Below are positions 1 to 11,988 of a DNA stretch of 64,000 nt, piece after piece. The stretch's first letter is position 1; the number at the start of each line of letters is the position of its first letter. The notes beneath the pieces are model-generated. The model did no database searches. It saw nothing but the letters and a program-made list of their open reading frames with translations, and was not told the DNA's origin. The stretch is from Macrostomum lignano (Eukaryota): the NCBI GenBank assembly GCA_002269645.1, contig NIVC01002050.1, forward strand, positions 124,001 through 188,000, written 5' to 3'. The translations under genes were made by a program, and so were the position numbers.

Positions 1-91
1 ATGCGTCACTGGAAGTCACTAGATTAGTCACTTAACCGAATCGTCACCAGATGCAGCCACTAACTGCTTCACAGTACAATACGCCGCTTAC

Positions 92-320
92 GGTTAGTGA
101 GGACCAGTCGGACGCAGGACTCTCCTTGCCATTCGTATACCTGCATGCCGTCAATGGAGTCTAGCAAGTCTTCCAATGATTTAAAATTAAACTGTTGCCA
201 TCGCAACGGACCAACGCAGCGAGCGTACTCGCTGGCAAGGGCCGCGCAAGTGACATTTTGCTGACGTTTTAAATTTGGAACGCGCATGCATAGGCGCAGA
301 TTGACGGCCACCTGCTCCAT
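92..320 (-). CDS. First coding exon of a LOTUS (OST-HTH) domain gene, TDRD5/TDRD7-like N-terminus; gene continues off the left edge
   Basis: ALASEYARCVGPLRWQQFNFKSLEDLLDSIDG fits the LOTUS pattern (Y..G..l....f.sl..lL..i). ATG at 320 is preceded by a pyrimidine tract plus AG. Donor AACC|gtaagc at 92/91. Confidence 0.7.
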
Positions 321-1167
321 CTTAGCGGCTCTGCTGAAAAAAGCAGATCATTTTACTGTTTCTACGTGACTTCGAACTATGAGCAATCTTAGACAAACTT
401 ACTTAATTACTCGTATCTTTTATTAAAAAAATAAATTTTAATAAATTTTAAAGTGGGTGGTTTTGAACTATTAAAACAGACAGTGCTTACTAACCTGCGT
501 ATATTTCAAACTATTTTTATATTTATATAAAAATATCTATTATCACAGTCGTTTAGAAGGTGGAGAAGCACTGCAGACTTTATAGAATAGTGAATGAATT
601 TATATAGAGAATCAATAAACAGGTCAGGAAGGTGGTGCAGTCACGTGATGCGATGCGCAACGGAGTAAAGTACATTTTACTAAGGCGAATAGGCACAGTA
701 TCTAAAAACCAATTCCGTTTAAAGATAACGGATCAAGACACAGCGGAGTTCAAGTGGATGCATCTTGTGAGTATAAAAAATCGCCTACTGAAGAGTAGCA
801 AAGAACTTTGAACGTGTGTGTCCACTCGCAAAAATGCGCTTATGTACTCTTTTCAGTAGCAGCTTAGGGTTTTTGCCTTTTAATAAGAAGTAAAAGTAAA
901 TATTATTCTTAATATTTTACTATTATTTTCTGTTTTTAAGACTGCAACAATCGCGTTTGGCTTTCTACAAGCAGACGCAATAAATTAGCTTCTTCATCCT
1001 GTTTTAGAGACTTCAGAGTCAGACTAACTCAAACTCGAAATTACTCGTATTTGAAAAGGAATTATTTCAAAACCGGATTGCAAGAAAACTTGAAAAAAAA
1101 TCCGCGAGCAAAAAAGATAAACAGTTGGGCTTCCCTCTTGTCGGCTTGTGACGGACTTTGGTCTTAT

Positions 1168-1696
1168 TTCCTTACTGCTCTGATTGGCTGAGCTAGATTG
1201 GGCCTGCCTCCTAGACTGAGTTTCGTCCGTCTGATTTTGCCCTCTCCTTACTGCTCTCTTATTGGCTGAGCTAGATTGGGCCTGCCCCCTAGACTGAGTT
1301 TCGTCCGTCTGATTTTGCCCTCTCTCCTTACTGCTCTCTCATTGGCTGAGCTAGATTGGGCCTGCCCCCTAGACTGAGTTTCGTCCGTCTGATTTTGCCC
1401 TCTCTCCTTACTGCTCTCTCATTGGCTGAGCTAGATTGGGCCTGCCCCCTAGACTGAGTTTCGTCCGTCTGATTTTGCCCTCTCTCCTTACTGCTCTCTC
1501 ATTGGCTGAGCTAGATTGGGCCTGCCTCCTAGACTGAGTTTTGTCCGTCTGATTTTGCCCTCTCTCCTTACTGCTCTCTCATTGGTTGAGCTAGATTGGG
1601 CCTGCCCCCTAGACTGAGTTTCGTCCGTTTGATTTTGCCCTCTCTCCTTACTGCTCTCTCATTGGCTGAGCTAGATTGGGCCTGCCTCCTAGACTG
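1168..1696. repeat. Tandem repeat, ~80-bp unit, ~6.5 copies
   Basis: tttcgtccgtctgattttgccc...ctagactgag recurs at 1221, 1299, 1379 and onward. Confidence 0.95.
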
Positions 1697-1999
1697 TTCC
1701 AAGCCTAAGTCTGCCATGTACATTTCAGATGGCACTGGCTAATGAACATTACGGCTGCACCAATTATCTGATAGCAACTTGTTTGCGCCTGCAATCTTAC
1801 TTTTGAAAACTCAAATGTTCGAATACAGAAAATCGTATACTATCTAGTACTCGTATTTATCTACAGTCCATATTGAAAGCCTTCAGTAATTTTTTTTCAA
1901 CTCAACAACAATTCTGTTGCTCAATAACCGCTAGAAATGAAACTGAATTTATGCTCGTAGTTAATGTGAATAACAGATAGTTTCGTTGATTATCTAACA

Positions 2000-4388
2000 C
2001 TACTCGTTCTTCGAGCTCAAATCCTCAACCAGAAGGCGCACCAGCCGTGTCAGCTCGGCCAGCCGCTCAGGCGGAGTCTCCGGCAGCAGGCCGGCGCCAA
2101 CGTTGCACACGTAGCGCTTGGCGCCGAAAGCGCGCAGCATCCGTCTGACGTGATCGCGCAGCACCTCGCTGGGCGCATAGGCCAGCAGGGCCGGGTCGAG
2201 GTTGCCCTGGACGGCAACCCCTGCCGCGGCGGCCACCCGACGGCAGTGCTCCGGCCGCATCGTGTGGTCAACGCCCAGCACGTCGAAGCCGCTACACGCG
2301 AGCTCCTCCAGAACGCTGTGGCAGGAGGGAGCAAACAAAATCAGCGGCACGCCTGGTCCAATCCGGGCGCGAACCTCCGACGCCAGCCGGCGCAGTCTGG
2401 GCAACGCGAACTGGCAGAACAGGTTTGGCGACAGGCGGCCCGCCAACGGCTCAACCACCTGCAGAGCCTGCGGCATGGGATAGCGCGACATTGGCATGAA
2501 GCACGATTGCGCGTCCGCCCAGTTCCATCTGCCTAATCCCATCTGCTCAGTTCCATCTGCCTAATCCCATCTGCTCAGTCCCATCTACCTAATCACATTA
2601 GCTCAGTCCCATCTGCCTAATCCCATCTGCTCAGTCCCATCTGCCTAATCCCATCTGCTCAGTTCCATCTGCCTAATCCCATCTACTCAGTCCCATCTGC
2701 CTAATCCCATCTGCTCAGTTCCATCTGCCCAATCCCATCTACTCAGTCCCATCTGCCTAATCCCATCTGCTCAGTTCCACCTGCCTAATCCCACCTGCTC
2801 AGTTCCATCTGCTCAGTTCCATCTGCCTAATCCCATCTGCTCAGTTCCATCTGCTCAGTTCCATCTGCCTAATCCCATCTGCTCAGTTCCATCTGCTCAG
2901 TTCCATCTGCCTAATCCCATCTGCTCAGTTCCATCTGCTCAGTTCCATCTGCCTAATCCCATCTGCTCAGTTCCATCTGCCCTAATCCCATCTGCTCAGT
3001 TCCACCTGCCTAATCCCATCTGCTCATTTCCATCTGCTCAGTTCCATCTGCCTAATCCCATCTGCTCAGTTCCATCTGCCTAATCCCATCTGCTCAGTTC
3101 CATCTGCCTAATCCCATCTGCTCAGTTCCATCTGCCCTAATCCCATCTGCTCAGTTCCACCTGCCTAATCCCATCTGCTCAGTTTCATCTGCTCAGTTCC
3201 ATCTGCCCTAATCCCATCTACTCAGTCCTATCTGCCTAATCCCATCTACTCAGTCCTATCTGCTAAGTCCCATCTGCACGACTGCACCATTCATTGAATT
3301 CATCCAGTGTAAAATATGAATAGCATGCTTGGGCGCAACCTAGGGATTCACCCGGCCGTTTCTATTGGCAACACACACATGTAAGTCGCTATTGGACGGA
3401 ATAGTAGTCACGTGACTCTCAGCCAATGGTGACTTACATGTGTGTGTTGCCAATAGAAACGGCCGAGTGATTTCCAAAGTTGCGCATGTATGATGAATAG
3501 CCTGAGTTACCCAGTCCTCCACAATCGGTGAGAATCCACAGTAACCCATTCATTTTATATGTAATTCACCATTATCCATTTAGCTTCCAGCCGCTTTACC
3601 TGAGCTCCGGCAGCCACCTGATCAACTAGAAAGTCAACCAGCAGGCCAGTCAGCTTGTCTAAGAGCCTCTCGCACGCTTCTGGCTGACTGTAGAGCCACC
3701 CGACGGCCAGCCCGGGGTCGCCAGCCATGCGAGCCAGCAGCGTCCATGGCGCTCCAGCCAGGCCCAGCAGGACGGCGCGGCCCATTAACCTACGCCTGGC
3801 CAGATTAAGCGCCTCCAGTACGCAGTGCAGCCGGCCACGAGCGGCCCCAAATTCCAGCGCCAATGCCGCTCTGTCTGCCGGGCCGGTCAGCGGCTCCGAC
3901 ACAATCAGACCGGCGCGTTGATTGACACCGCCGACGCTTTGCTTAGCAACTAATCCCAAAGCTATTGGTACCAGTATGATGTCTGTAAAGATTGGCGCCG
4001 CGTCAAGTTCGCAACGAGTCAAGGGTAGAACAGTCAGCTCGCTGGCCAGCTCAGGATTTCGGCACAGCTCGGCGTGACCGTGGTGCGCCAGCAGCTGCCG
4101 GTATTCGGGCAGGTGCGGCCCGGCCTGGCGCAACAGCCACAAGGGGACGCGCAGGCCAGTTGCGGGTTCGCCGAAAACGGCGCGCAACAGGATGTCGTTA
4201 AGCAGAGGCGGCAGATCCCCGACATCGGCGACAAAGTCGGCCGAGACGGCTTGGACGCGATTGAAGCCGGACAGACCTTGCTGCTGCTTTTTCTTGTTCC
4301 TCTGCTGCTCAGACAATGGCTGAGTCCGCCACAGCTGAGATCGAGCCGACTGGCCCGCGCTGGAGCTGGGATTCGGCAGGGACAGCAT
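2000..4388 (-). CDS. UROD: Uroporphyrinogen decarboxylase-like protein (~418 aa, 2 exons) with several active-site substitutions
   Basis: Exon 1 4388-3600 (donor CAG|gtaaag), exon 2 2467-2000 (acceptor ccgcag|GCT). Motifs LNDILLRA, WLLRQAGxxLPEY, LDAAPIFTDI, GLAGAPWTL, QVAAGAQ|ALQ, VQGNLDP, RYVCNVGxGL match URO-D. The intron falls at the AQ|ALQ position, as I recall for human UROD (after codon 212). Confidence 0.92.
2519..3280. repeat. Intronic minisatellite, 28-bp unit built from 14-bp subunits (cagttccatctgcctaatcccatctgct)
   Basis: Direct reading; lies in the UROD-like intron. Confidence 0.95.
3353..3465. other. Perfect 35-bp inverted repeat with 43-bp spacer (MITE-like or hairpin)
   Basis: 3353-3387 cggccgtttctattggcaacacacacatgtaagtc is the exact reverse complement of 3431-3465. 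The spacer contains the palindrome gtcacgtgac. Confidence 0.85.
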
Positions 4389-4560
4389 GAAGGCAGCAGG
4401 TCATTGAACCAATTTCTACTCTAAACTAAGCTAGCCCACTGACTTAGAAAACCTATTGAATGTTGCTAGCAGCGTGGCTAGAGGTGTACCTACATACGAG
4501 CTCGTAAGTATACCACAATGAGGCAAAGACATACATACTCAGAGACGAAACATATTTAGG

Positions 4561-6502
4561 GACACAGCAGTATACATAACCAGAGACCGGAGACACAGCA
4601 TACATGCCCAGAGACCGGAGACACAGCATACATGCCCAGAGACCGGAGACACAGCATACATGCCCAGAGACCGGAGACACAGCATACATACACAGAGACC
4701 GGAGACACAGCATATATACACAGAGACCGGAGACACAGCATACATACACAGAGACCGGAGACACAGCATACATACACAGAGACCGGAGACACAGCATACA
4801 TACACAGAGACCGGAGACACAGCATATATACACAGAGACCGGAGACACAGCATACATACACAGAGACCGGAGACACAGCATACATACACAGAGACCGGAG
4901 ACACAGCATACATACACAGAGACCGGAGACACAGCATACATACACAGAGACCGGAGACACAGCATACATACACAGAGACCGGAGACACAGCATACATACA
5001 CAGAGACCGGAGACACAGCATACATACACAGAGACCGGAGACACAGCATACATACACAGAGACCGGAGACACAGCATATATACACAGAGACCGGAGACAC
5101 AGCATATATACACAGAGACCGGAGACACAGCATACATACACAGAGACCGGAGACACAGCATATATACACAGAGACCGGAGACACAGCATACATACACAGA
5201 GACCGGAGACACAGCATATATACACAGAGACCGGAGACACAGCATATATACACAGAGACCGGAGACACAGCATACATGCCCAGAGACCGGAGACACAGCA
5301 TACATGCCCAGAGACCGGAGACACAGCATACATGCCCAGAGACCGGAGACACAGCATACATGCCCAGAGACCGGAGACACAGCATACATGCCCAGAGACC
5401 GGAGACACAGCATACATGCCCAGAGACCGGAGACACAGCATACATACACAGAGACCGGAGACACAGCATACATACACAGAGACCGGAGACACAGCATACA
5501 TACACAGAGACCGGAGACACAGCATACATACACAGAGACCGGAGACACAGCATACATACACAGAGACCGGAGACACAGCATATATACACAGAGACCGGAG
5601 ACACAGCATATATACACAGAGACCGGAGACACAGCATACATGCCCAGAGACCGGAGACACAGCATACATGCCCAGAGACCGGAGACACAGCATACATGCC
5701 CAGAGACCGGAGACACAGCATACATGCCCAGAGACCGGAGACACAGCATATATACACAGAGACCGGAGACACAGCATACATACACAGAGACCGGAGACAC
5801 AGCATACATACACAGAGACCGGAGACACAGCATATATACACAGAGACCGGAGACACAGCATATATACACAGAGACCGGAGACACAGCATACATACACAGA
5901 GACCGGAGACACAGCATATATACACAGAGACCGGAGACACAGCATACATACACAGAGACCGGAGACACAGCATATATACACAGAGACCGGAGACACAGCA
6001 TATATACACAGAGACCGGAGACACAGCATACATGCCCAGAGACCGGAGACACAGCATACATGCCCAGAGACCGGAGACACAGCATACATGCCCAGAGACC
6101 GGAGACACAGCATACATGCCCAGAGACCGGAGACACAGCATACATGCCCAGAGACCGGAGACACAGCATACATGCCCAGAGACCGGAGACACAGCATACA
6201 TACACAGAGACCGGAGACACAGCATACATACACAGAGACCGGAGACACAGCATACATACACAGAGACCGGAGACACAGCATACATACACAGAGACCGGAG
6301 ACACAGCATACATACACAGAGACCGGAGACACAGCATATATACACAGAGACCGGAGACACAGCATATATACACAGAGACCGGAGACACAGCATACATGCC
6401 CAGAGACCGGAGACACAGCATACATGCCCAGAGACCGGAGACACAGCATACATGCCCAGAGACCGGAGACACAGCATACATACACAGAGACCGGAGACAC
6501 AG
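4561..6502. repeat. 28-bp minisatellite (cagagaccggagacacagcatacataca), ~69 copies, three sequence variants, with a higher-order duplication
   Basis: Variants catacataca, catatataca and catacatgcc. The variant order starting at 5075 is repeated starting at 5831 (756 bp = 27 units). Confidence 0.97.
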
Positions 6503-6999
6503 CATACATATACAGGACTCTAAGCAGGAATAACTGTAAACATAACCACAAAATGTATAAAACATAAAGACAAAGTGCACGGCTGCTAAAACTGCAGCAT
6601 CAGGAATTGAATATATTATAAAAAGATGACCAGCAAGTCAACAGTAATGTTTAATGATACAAGCACACTTACTATTAGGTTCGAAATTGAACTTGAAGAT
6701 GTATTAACACACCGATACTGTAATGCTTTTGCGCCCTGAGGAAGCCAGATTTTACAAAACTGTTATTCTAGAGATCCATCGGTAAAAGCTCAAATGGACT
6801 GAAGGTTTCTTTTTACAGGGATATGAAAATGCCAGACTAGCCGATAGTACTAAGAGCGCATAGGCTTACACTAAAATAGCAAATGCATAATATCTGTTTA
6901 AAGAAGACAAAGTACTATTATTAACCGGTGTAGGCGCGGCACAAAGTTGCACTGATTAGTTATTAGAAAGTAAACAGATCTCGCCTAGGACGTGCGATC

Positions 7000-9900
7000 T
7001 TATTGCTGCCACCAATAATCCATCTGATAGATAGAAGCGCCTTGAAAGTTATAAGCATGTTGCTGCTGTAATTGCTGTTGCTGCTGCTGCTGCGGTTGTA
7101 AGGCGCTAGTAGACCAGTTGGCCGGCCAGACTGGCGGCGGCTGAGGCGCGGCCGGCATAAGCGGCCGGACGAACGCCGTCGAGATGCCCATTGCGCCCCT
7201 AGAATGGAGCGGCTGTGGCTGCTGGTGCATAAACAAATGCGGCGGAAACGGCGGCTGCGGTGGAAACGGCGACTGCGGAGGAAACGGCGACTGCGGCATG
7301 AAGCCTGGCGTGTTTGATGGCCAATTCATCAGTGATGGCGGCGGGCCCATTGGGGGGCCGGCAGAGGACGCGGCGGAACTTTCTGCGGACTGCGAATCCG
7401 ATTGCATTGGCAGCAAGGGACGCAGTGGACGAGGCGAAGGTAAAGCAACGATTTGCTGTTGCTCATCCAGCTGCCGCTGCTCTTCATCACGCTGCCGCTG
7501 CTCATTAATCTGTTTCGCCGCGAATCGAGGAGGCACAGTGGGAGCAAAGAATGACACAGCGTTTGGATCCAGCGCAGCGGAGACAGATTGCTCTGCAAAG
7601 TTAATGATGGGTTGAAACGGCATCGAAGTTTGACTAATATTATTTATCCTTCATATATTTATTAATGTATACATGTAAATAATAGGAACAAAAACAAACT
7701 ACATAGACCAACAAAAAGCAGAAAACAGAAAGAAAAGGGTGTGAGTATGTGCGCAAGCGAGTGAGAAGCTGCTAAACTAGGAGTAGACGTTGGGGCGAGG
7801 CATTGGAACTCACTCTGCTGAGTCTGACAGGGCAAGTCAGACTCGCTGCTGCTGCTGCTGGCATCGGAGCCCTGCTCAGGTTCTTCCAAGCAGAACAGCT
7901 GCAGCTGAACTGAGCAGCGAGTCAGCCTGGCCCTGGCTGAGCTGAGCAGCCCGCTGCAGGCCGGCTGTCGCACCGAGGCCAAATCGGCTCGGATGCCGGC
8001 CAGGGCGCCGGCCGCGAGGGAGACCCTCTGGCGGATGCTGAGTCTGGACTTCTTCATCTGAGCGTCGCTCCGTCTCATGGAATCGCAATTTGCCGCTGCA
8101 AGCATTTTTGCAGATTTTACTAAATATGATTTCAGATTACCTTTTTTTCTCCGACTCTTTTGTTGTACCTGCCGCCATAGCCAGGGGATTTGAATAAAAA
8201 GCGAAGGGATTTGGGAATGTTATGTCACAGAAAAATAACGCCAATCTAGGATGAAAAACAAACTGAATATACAGATAAATAAAATACATTGTTAGCTGTT
8301 TTTCTTAGAACTAAGCCGACCCACCGCAAGAGCGCATTTCAGACTCTTAATCTCTGACTCTGCCCCTCTTGTAAGTTTATTATCGATCGGCCCTCAGTTC
8401 AACCCTCTTGTAAATTTATTATCGATCGGCCCTCAGTTCAGCCCCTCTTGTAAATTTATTATCGATCGGCCCTCAGTTCAACCCTCTTGTAAGTTTATTA
8501 TCGATCGGCCCTCAGTTCAACCCCTTTTGTAAATTTATTATCGATCGGCCCTCAGTAAACAACCCCTCTTGTAAGTTTATTATCGATCGGCCCTCAGTTC
8601 AACCCCTCTTGTAAGTTTATTATCGATCGGCCCTCAGTTCAACCCCTCTTGTAAGTTTATTATCGATCGGGCCTCAGTTCAACCCCTCTTGTAAGTTTAT
8701 TATCGATCGGCCCTCAGTTCAACCCCTCTTGTAAGTTTATTATCGATCGGCCCTCAGTTCAACCCCTCTTGTAAGTTTATTATCGATCGGGCCTCAGTTC
8801 AACCCCTCTTGTAAGTTTATTATCGATCGGCCCTCAGTTCAACCCCTCTTGTATATTTATTATCGATCGGCCCTCAGTTCAACCCCTCCTGAACATTTAT
8901 TATCGATCGGCTCTCAGTTCAAACCTCCTGTACATTTTTTATCGATCGCCCCAAAAAGTCAATCCAACCACACTGGTTCAGCCTTCTTTATCGTTCCATC
9001 CACTGGATTTGCCTAGCTCAACTTATCCTCCCTATCTTTGCGACTCTCATTTCGATTGATAATCAGATTTTTATCATAAACTACCTGTACTTTCGGCATT
9101 GTGCCCATCTGACATCTCCTGTCCTAACCTAAACTAAGTTGCCCTGTTCGTATTCATTTCCACTAGTAATAACATATATTTCATGAGACTGGTTGAAGTC
9201 CAAAGCATAGTCAATTAGATTTAGTCATAAGCAATCCGAACGTGAGCAGTACCATACTGCTTAAAGCTTAACTACGTATTAGGAACAAAAACTCCCCTTC
9301 CCGTTTGGGAACTTGGAACTCACGAATTCCAATTAAAAACAAACACAACACAAACAACAAGACAAAGATGCAATGCAATTATGCATCCTAGAAAGTGTAA
9401 AGCTTAAATTATTCCACTTTACAGGCACAATACTTACTCTGTAAATCCGTGGCTTTAACCCGTCTAGTCAGATCACTACACCGGTTTGCGACCGCAAATG
9501 ATCTTTTTTCGCCTGGGGCTTCATTCATGTTGAAGGTTAGTTTATCGCCGACTTCAGACGGGAATCTTATTGGTTCGGAACACGGCTGCTCACAACACTG
9601 CCGCTCAAAATCCTGCTGCTGCTCATAATCCTGATGCTGCTCATCATCGGCCTGCGGCTCATAATCCTGCCACTCATTATCAGCCTGATGCTCATAGCCC
9701 TGCTGCTCATAATATTGACGCTCATAGTCCTCCTGCTGCTCATAATCTTGACGCTCATAGTTCTGCTGCTCATAATCTTGACGCTCATAGTCCTGCTGCT
9801 CATAATCTTGACGCTCATAGTTCTGCTGCTCATAATCTTGACGCTCATAGTTCTGCTGCTCATAATCTTGACGTTCATAGTGCTGCTGCTCATAATCTTG

Positions 9901-11988
9901 GTTATGATTATATTCCTGCAGGTTCTCGTCGAGGTCATCGCCAGCTTCGCTGCCGGGCGTCATGGCGCGGCTGCTGCCCGCTTCCGCATCGGTGCCGACC
10001 TCTTCGATGTCGGAGTGGCCGCCGGTGCGCACGCTGGCCTCGGGCTCGCATTGAGCGGCTACGGGACCGGGGAATGACAAACATTGTCCGACTTTGCAAA
10101 AGTAGGCAGAGTTTCAATATAAATCCCCACTGAGGCCTACAGGCCCAATACAAAACTCATTATTTACCCTTCTTGCCGTCTGGCTTGCAGAGCCTGTCCA
10201 CCTTGCCCAGCGGTGCGAAAGCCTTCTGCTTGAAGTCAATCTGAAGTTTCAGCACGAAGCGGTATTATACATTGTCAAGCGCTTTTAACTACCAGCAATC
10301 ACCTGTACAACAGTAATAAATCACTCACCTGAATCGGCAGCAGTCCGAGCGACTGTCTGCTGAAAAATTCCAAGAAAGAGCCCATCTCTCCATCCAGATA
10401 CACAGAGTAGGGCGCGTGCGGCTGAAGAGCAAAGTTGCAGACCCATCAATCAATGTAATAACTTGCAGATTAAATATGACAGCAAAGGAACCAACCTGAT
10501 CAGCTGGGGGCTCAAGATCCACAGTCAGCTTGAGCAGCACGTCCTGAGTGATTCGGTGGAACTCTTTCACGGCGGCCTCATCAAACTGGGCGGCTCCGCC
10601 ATTCGGAATCAGAAAGGCCAGTCGGCACAGAATTGCGTGGGCGGGGACTCCCTCCGCGAACCTCCGGTGCATGCAGCGCAGGTCGGACACGCCAACAGTC
10701 AGCAGCTCTCCGTAGTCGACATCCTCCACCAGCCGTCGGTCAGCGGAGCCGTCGGCAGCATGACTGACGATTCTCACCCGCCGACAGCCCTGCTTGGTGA
10801 TGGCCACGCACAGCTGATCAGGCCTGGTGTACACCTCCGGCATTGGCGGGTGCTCAGCCGAGTCCAGCTGCTCCATCAGCTTGTCAAGGCGGTTCGACAC
10901 CTCGCCGTGTGGAATCACGAAGAAGCGGCCCGGGCCCGAGTTTGAGGCCAGCGGCACCAGCACGTTGTACTGCTGCTGCAGCAGGTAGTGCGCGCTCACT
11001 TCGGTGCCAACAGCGGGCTGCCGCGGCCGCCGCATGCGCTCGACGGGCAGCCGGTAGCCGGGAGGCACGCAGTTCTCGGGAAACGGCGGCGCCTTCGGCA
11101 GGTTGGGCAGCCGCGTGCCGTACACGGCGATGCGGAGATCCGGGTCAATGGGATTTTTCATCAGCACTATGCCCGGGATTTGGCGCAGCAGATCCAACAG
11201 ATTGTTGCAGCCCATGCTGGAGAAGCTGGGCAGCTGGCAGTTGAAACTGCGGGATAAAGGCAGCAGCAGTTTCACTGTGGCGTCCGCAGATAGTTACAAA
11301 TCAGAGTGGAAAGCGTGAGATGAGATTAATGCCGAATGAAAGCGGCGTCAATACTAAATATGCGCAAAGAATATTAAAAGAGGAAAATAATTCAGAAAAA
11401 TATCAAGGCAAAGTTTATGCCACTAGGCAAGGCTAGTCGCACTCACTCCTCCCGGTACTTCTCGGGCAGCAGGAGAACTGGCAGGCCGGGATAAACGTAG
11501 GCGATGCACAGCAGCCGCTTTTTCACCTCAGCAGGCAGACTCAGCTGCCGCTTTGACGCCGATGCGCTGCACTTTGCCGACTCGACCATGGCGTTGCTGG
11601 CGACCCGCAGGCACCGCTTCGAGTCCAAGACGAGCCGACCGGACAGCGCCAGGTTGACGGCCACCTCCTCGGCCGAGCTGCGGTCGAACAGGTCCAGCGG
11701 AAACGGCTGCTTGTAGAAGATCTCGAAGGATTGGGCCAAGTGGGCTGGACGCAGCGGCATCGACAGGCGCTCGGCGGCCACGCGCACCAGCTCGACAATC
11801 GACTCGACGGCCTCCGCCTGCTTCGCCGAGCGTTCGGCATCGCGCTGCCCCTGCAGCTGCAGCTGGTGCTGACGCTCGCGCTCCTCCTTTCGCTGGCGCT
11901 CGCGCTCTAGCTTAGTGTCCTGCTCTGACGGGCACTTTTGATCCTTGATCCGCTCCCAAACCGATTGCTTCATATTTGCTTTTGACAT
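7000..11988 (-). CDS. TDRD5: TDRD5/Tejas-like protein: 2 LOTUS domains + extended Tudor + long low-complexity C-terminus
   Basis: Predicted phase-compatible exons 11988-11447, 11246-10496, 10421-10329, 10240-10168, 10058-9438, 8095-7814, 7592-7000, all GT-AG. Splicing restores the LOTUS motif LPEKYRED|FNCQLPSFSSMGCNNLLDLLRQIP. Tudor segments PMPEVYTRPDQLCVA and VPAHAILCRLAFLIP resemble TDRD5 MPECFIQPGHLCCV and LPAQAIPCSLAWVRP. The 3' exon model is less certain. Confidence 0.8.
8363..8950. repeat. Intronic 40-bp minisatellite, ~14 copies
   Basis: cccctcttgtaagtttattatcgatcggccctcagttcaa; tatcgatcgg recurs at 8581, 8621, 8661, 8701. Confidence 0.95.
9580..9905 (-). repeat. Coding 30-bp tandem repeat (YEQQxYERQD decapeptide) within the TDRD5-like exon
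   Basis: ctcataatcttgacgctcatagt(t/c)ctgctg repeated in frame in the 9409-10080 ORF. Confidence 0.85.

Noticed and set aside
4453-6580. Six overlapping 630-675 aa ORFs
   Set aside because: All six frames are open only because the 28-bp unit has no stop codon in any phase; no domain content.
10325-10496. C-terminal part of the 316-aa ORF as given in the track
   Set aside because: Better explained by a 74-nt intron (10495-10422) and a frame change giving PHAPYSVYLDGEMGSFLEFF.
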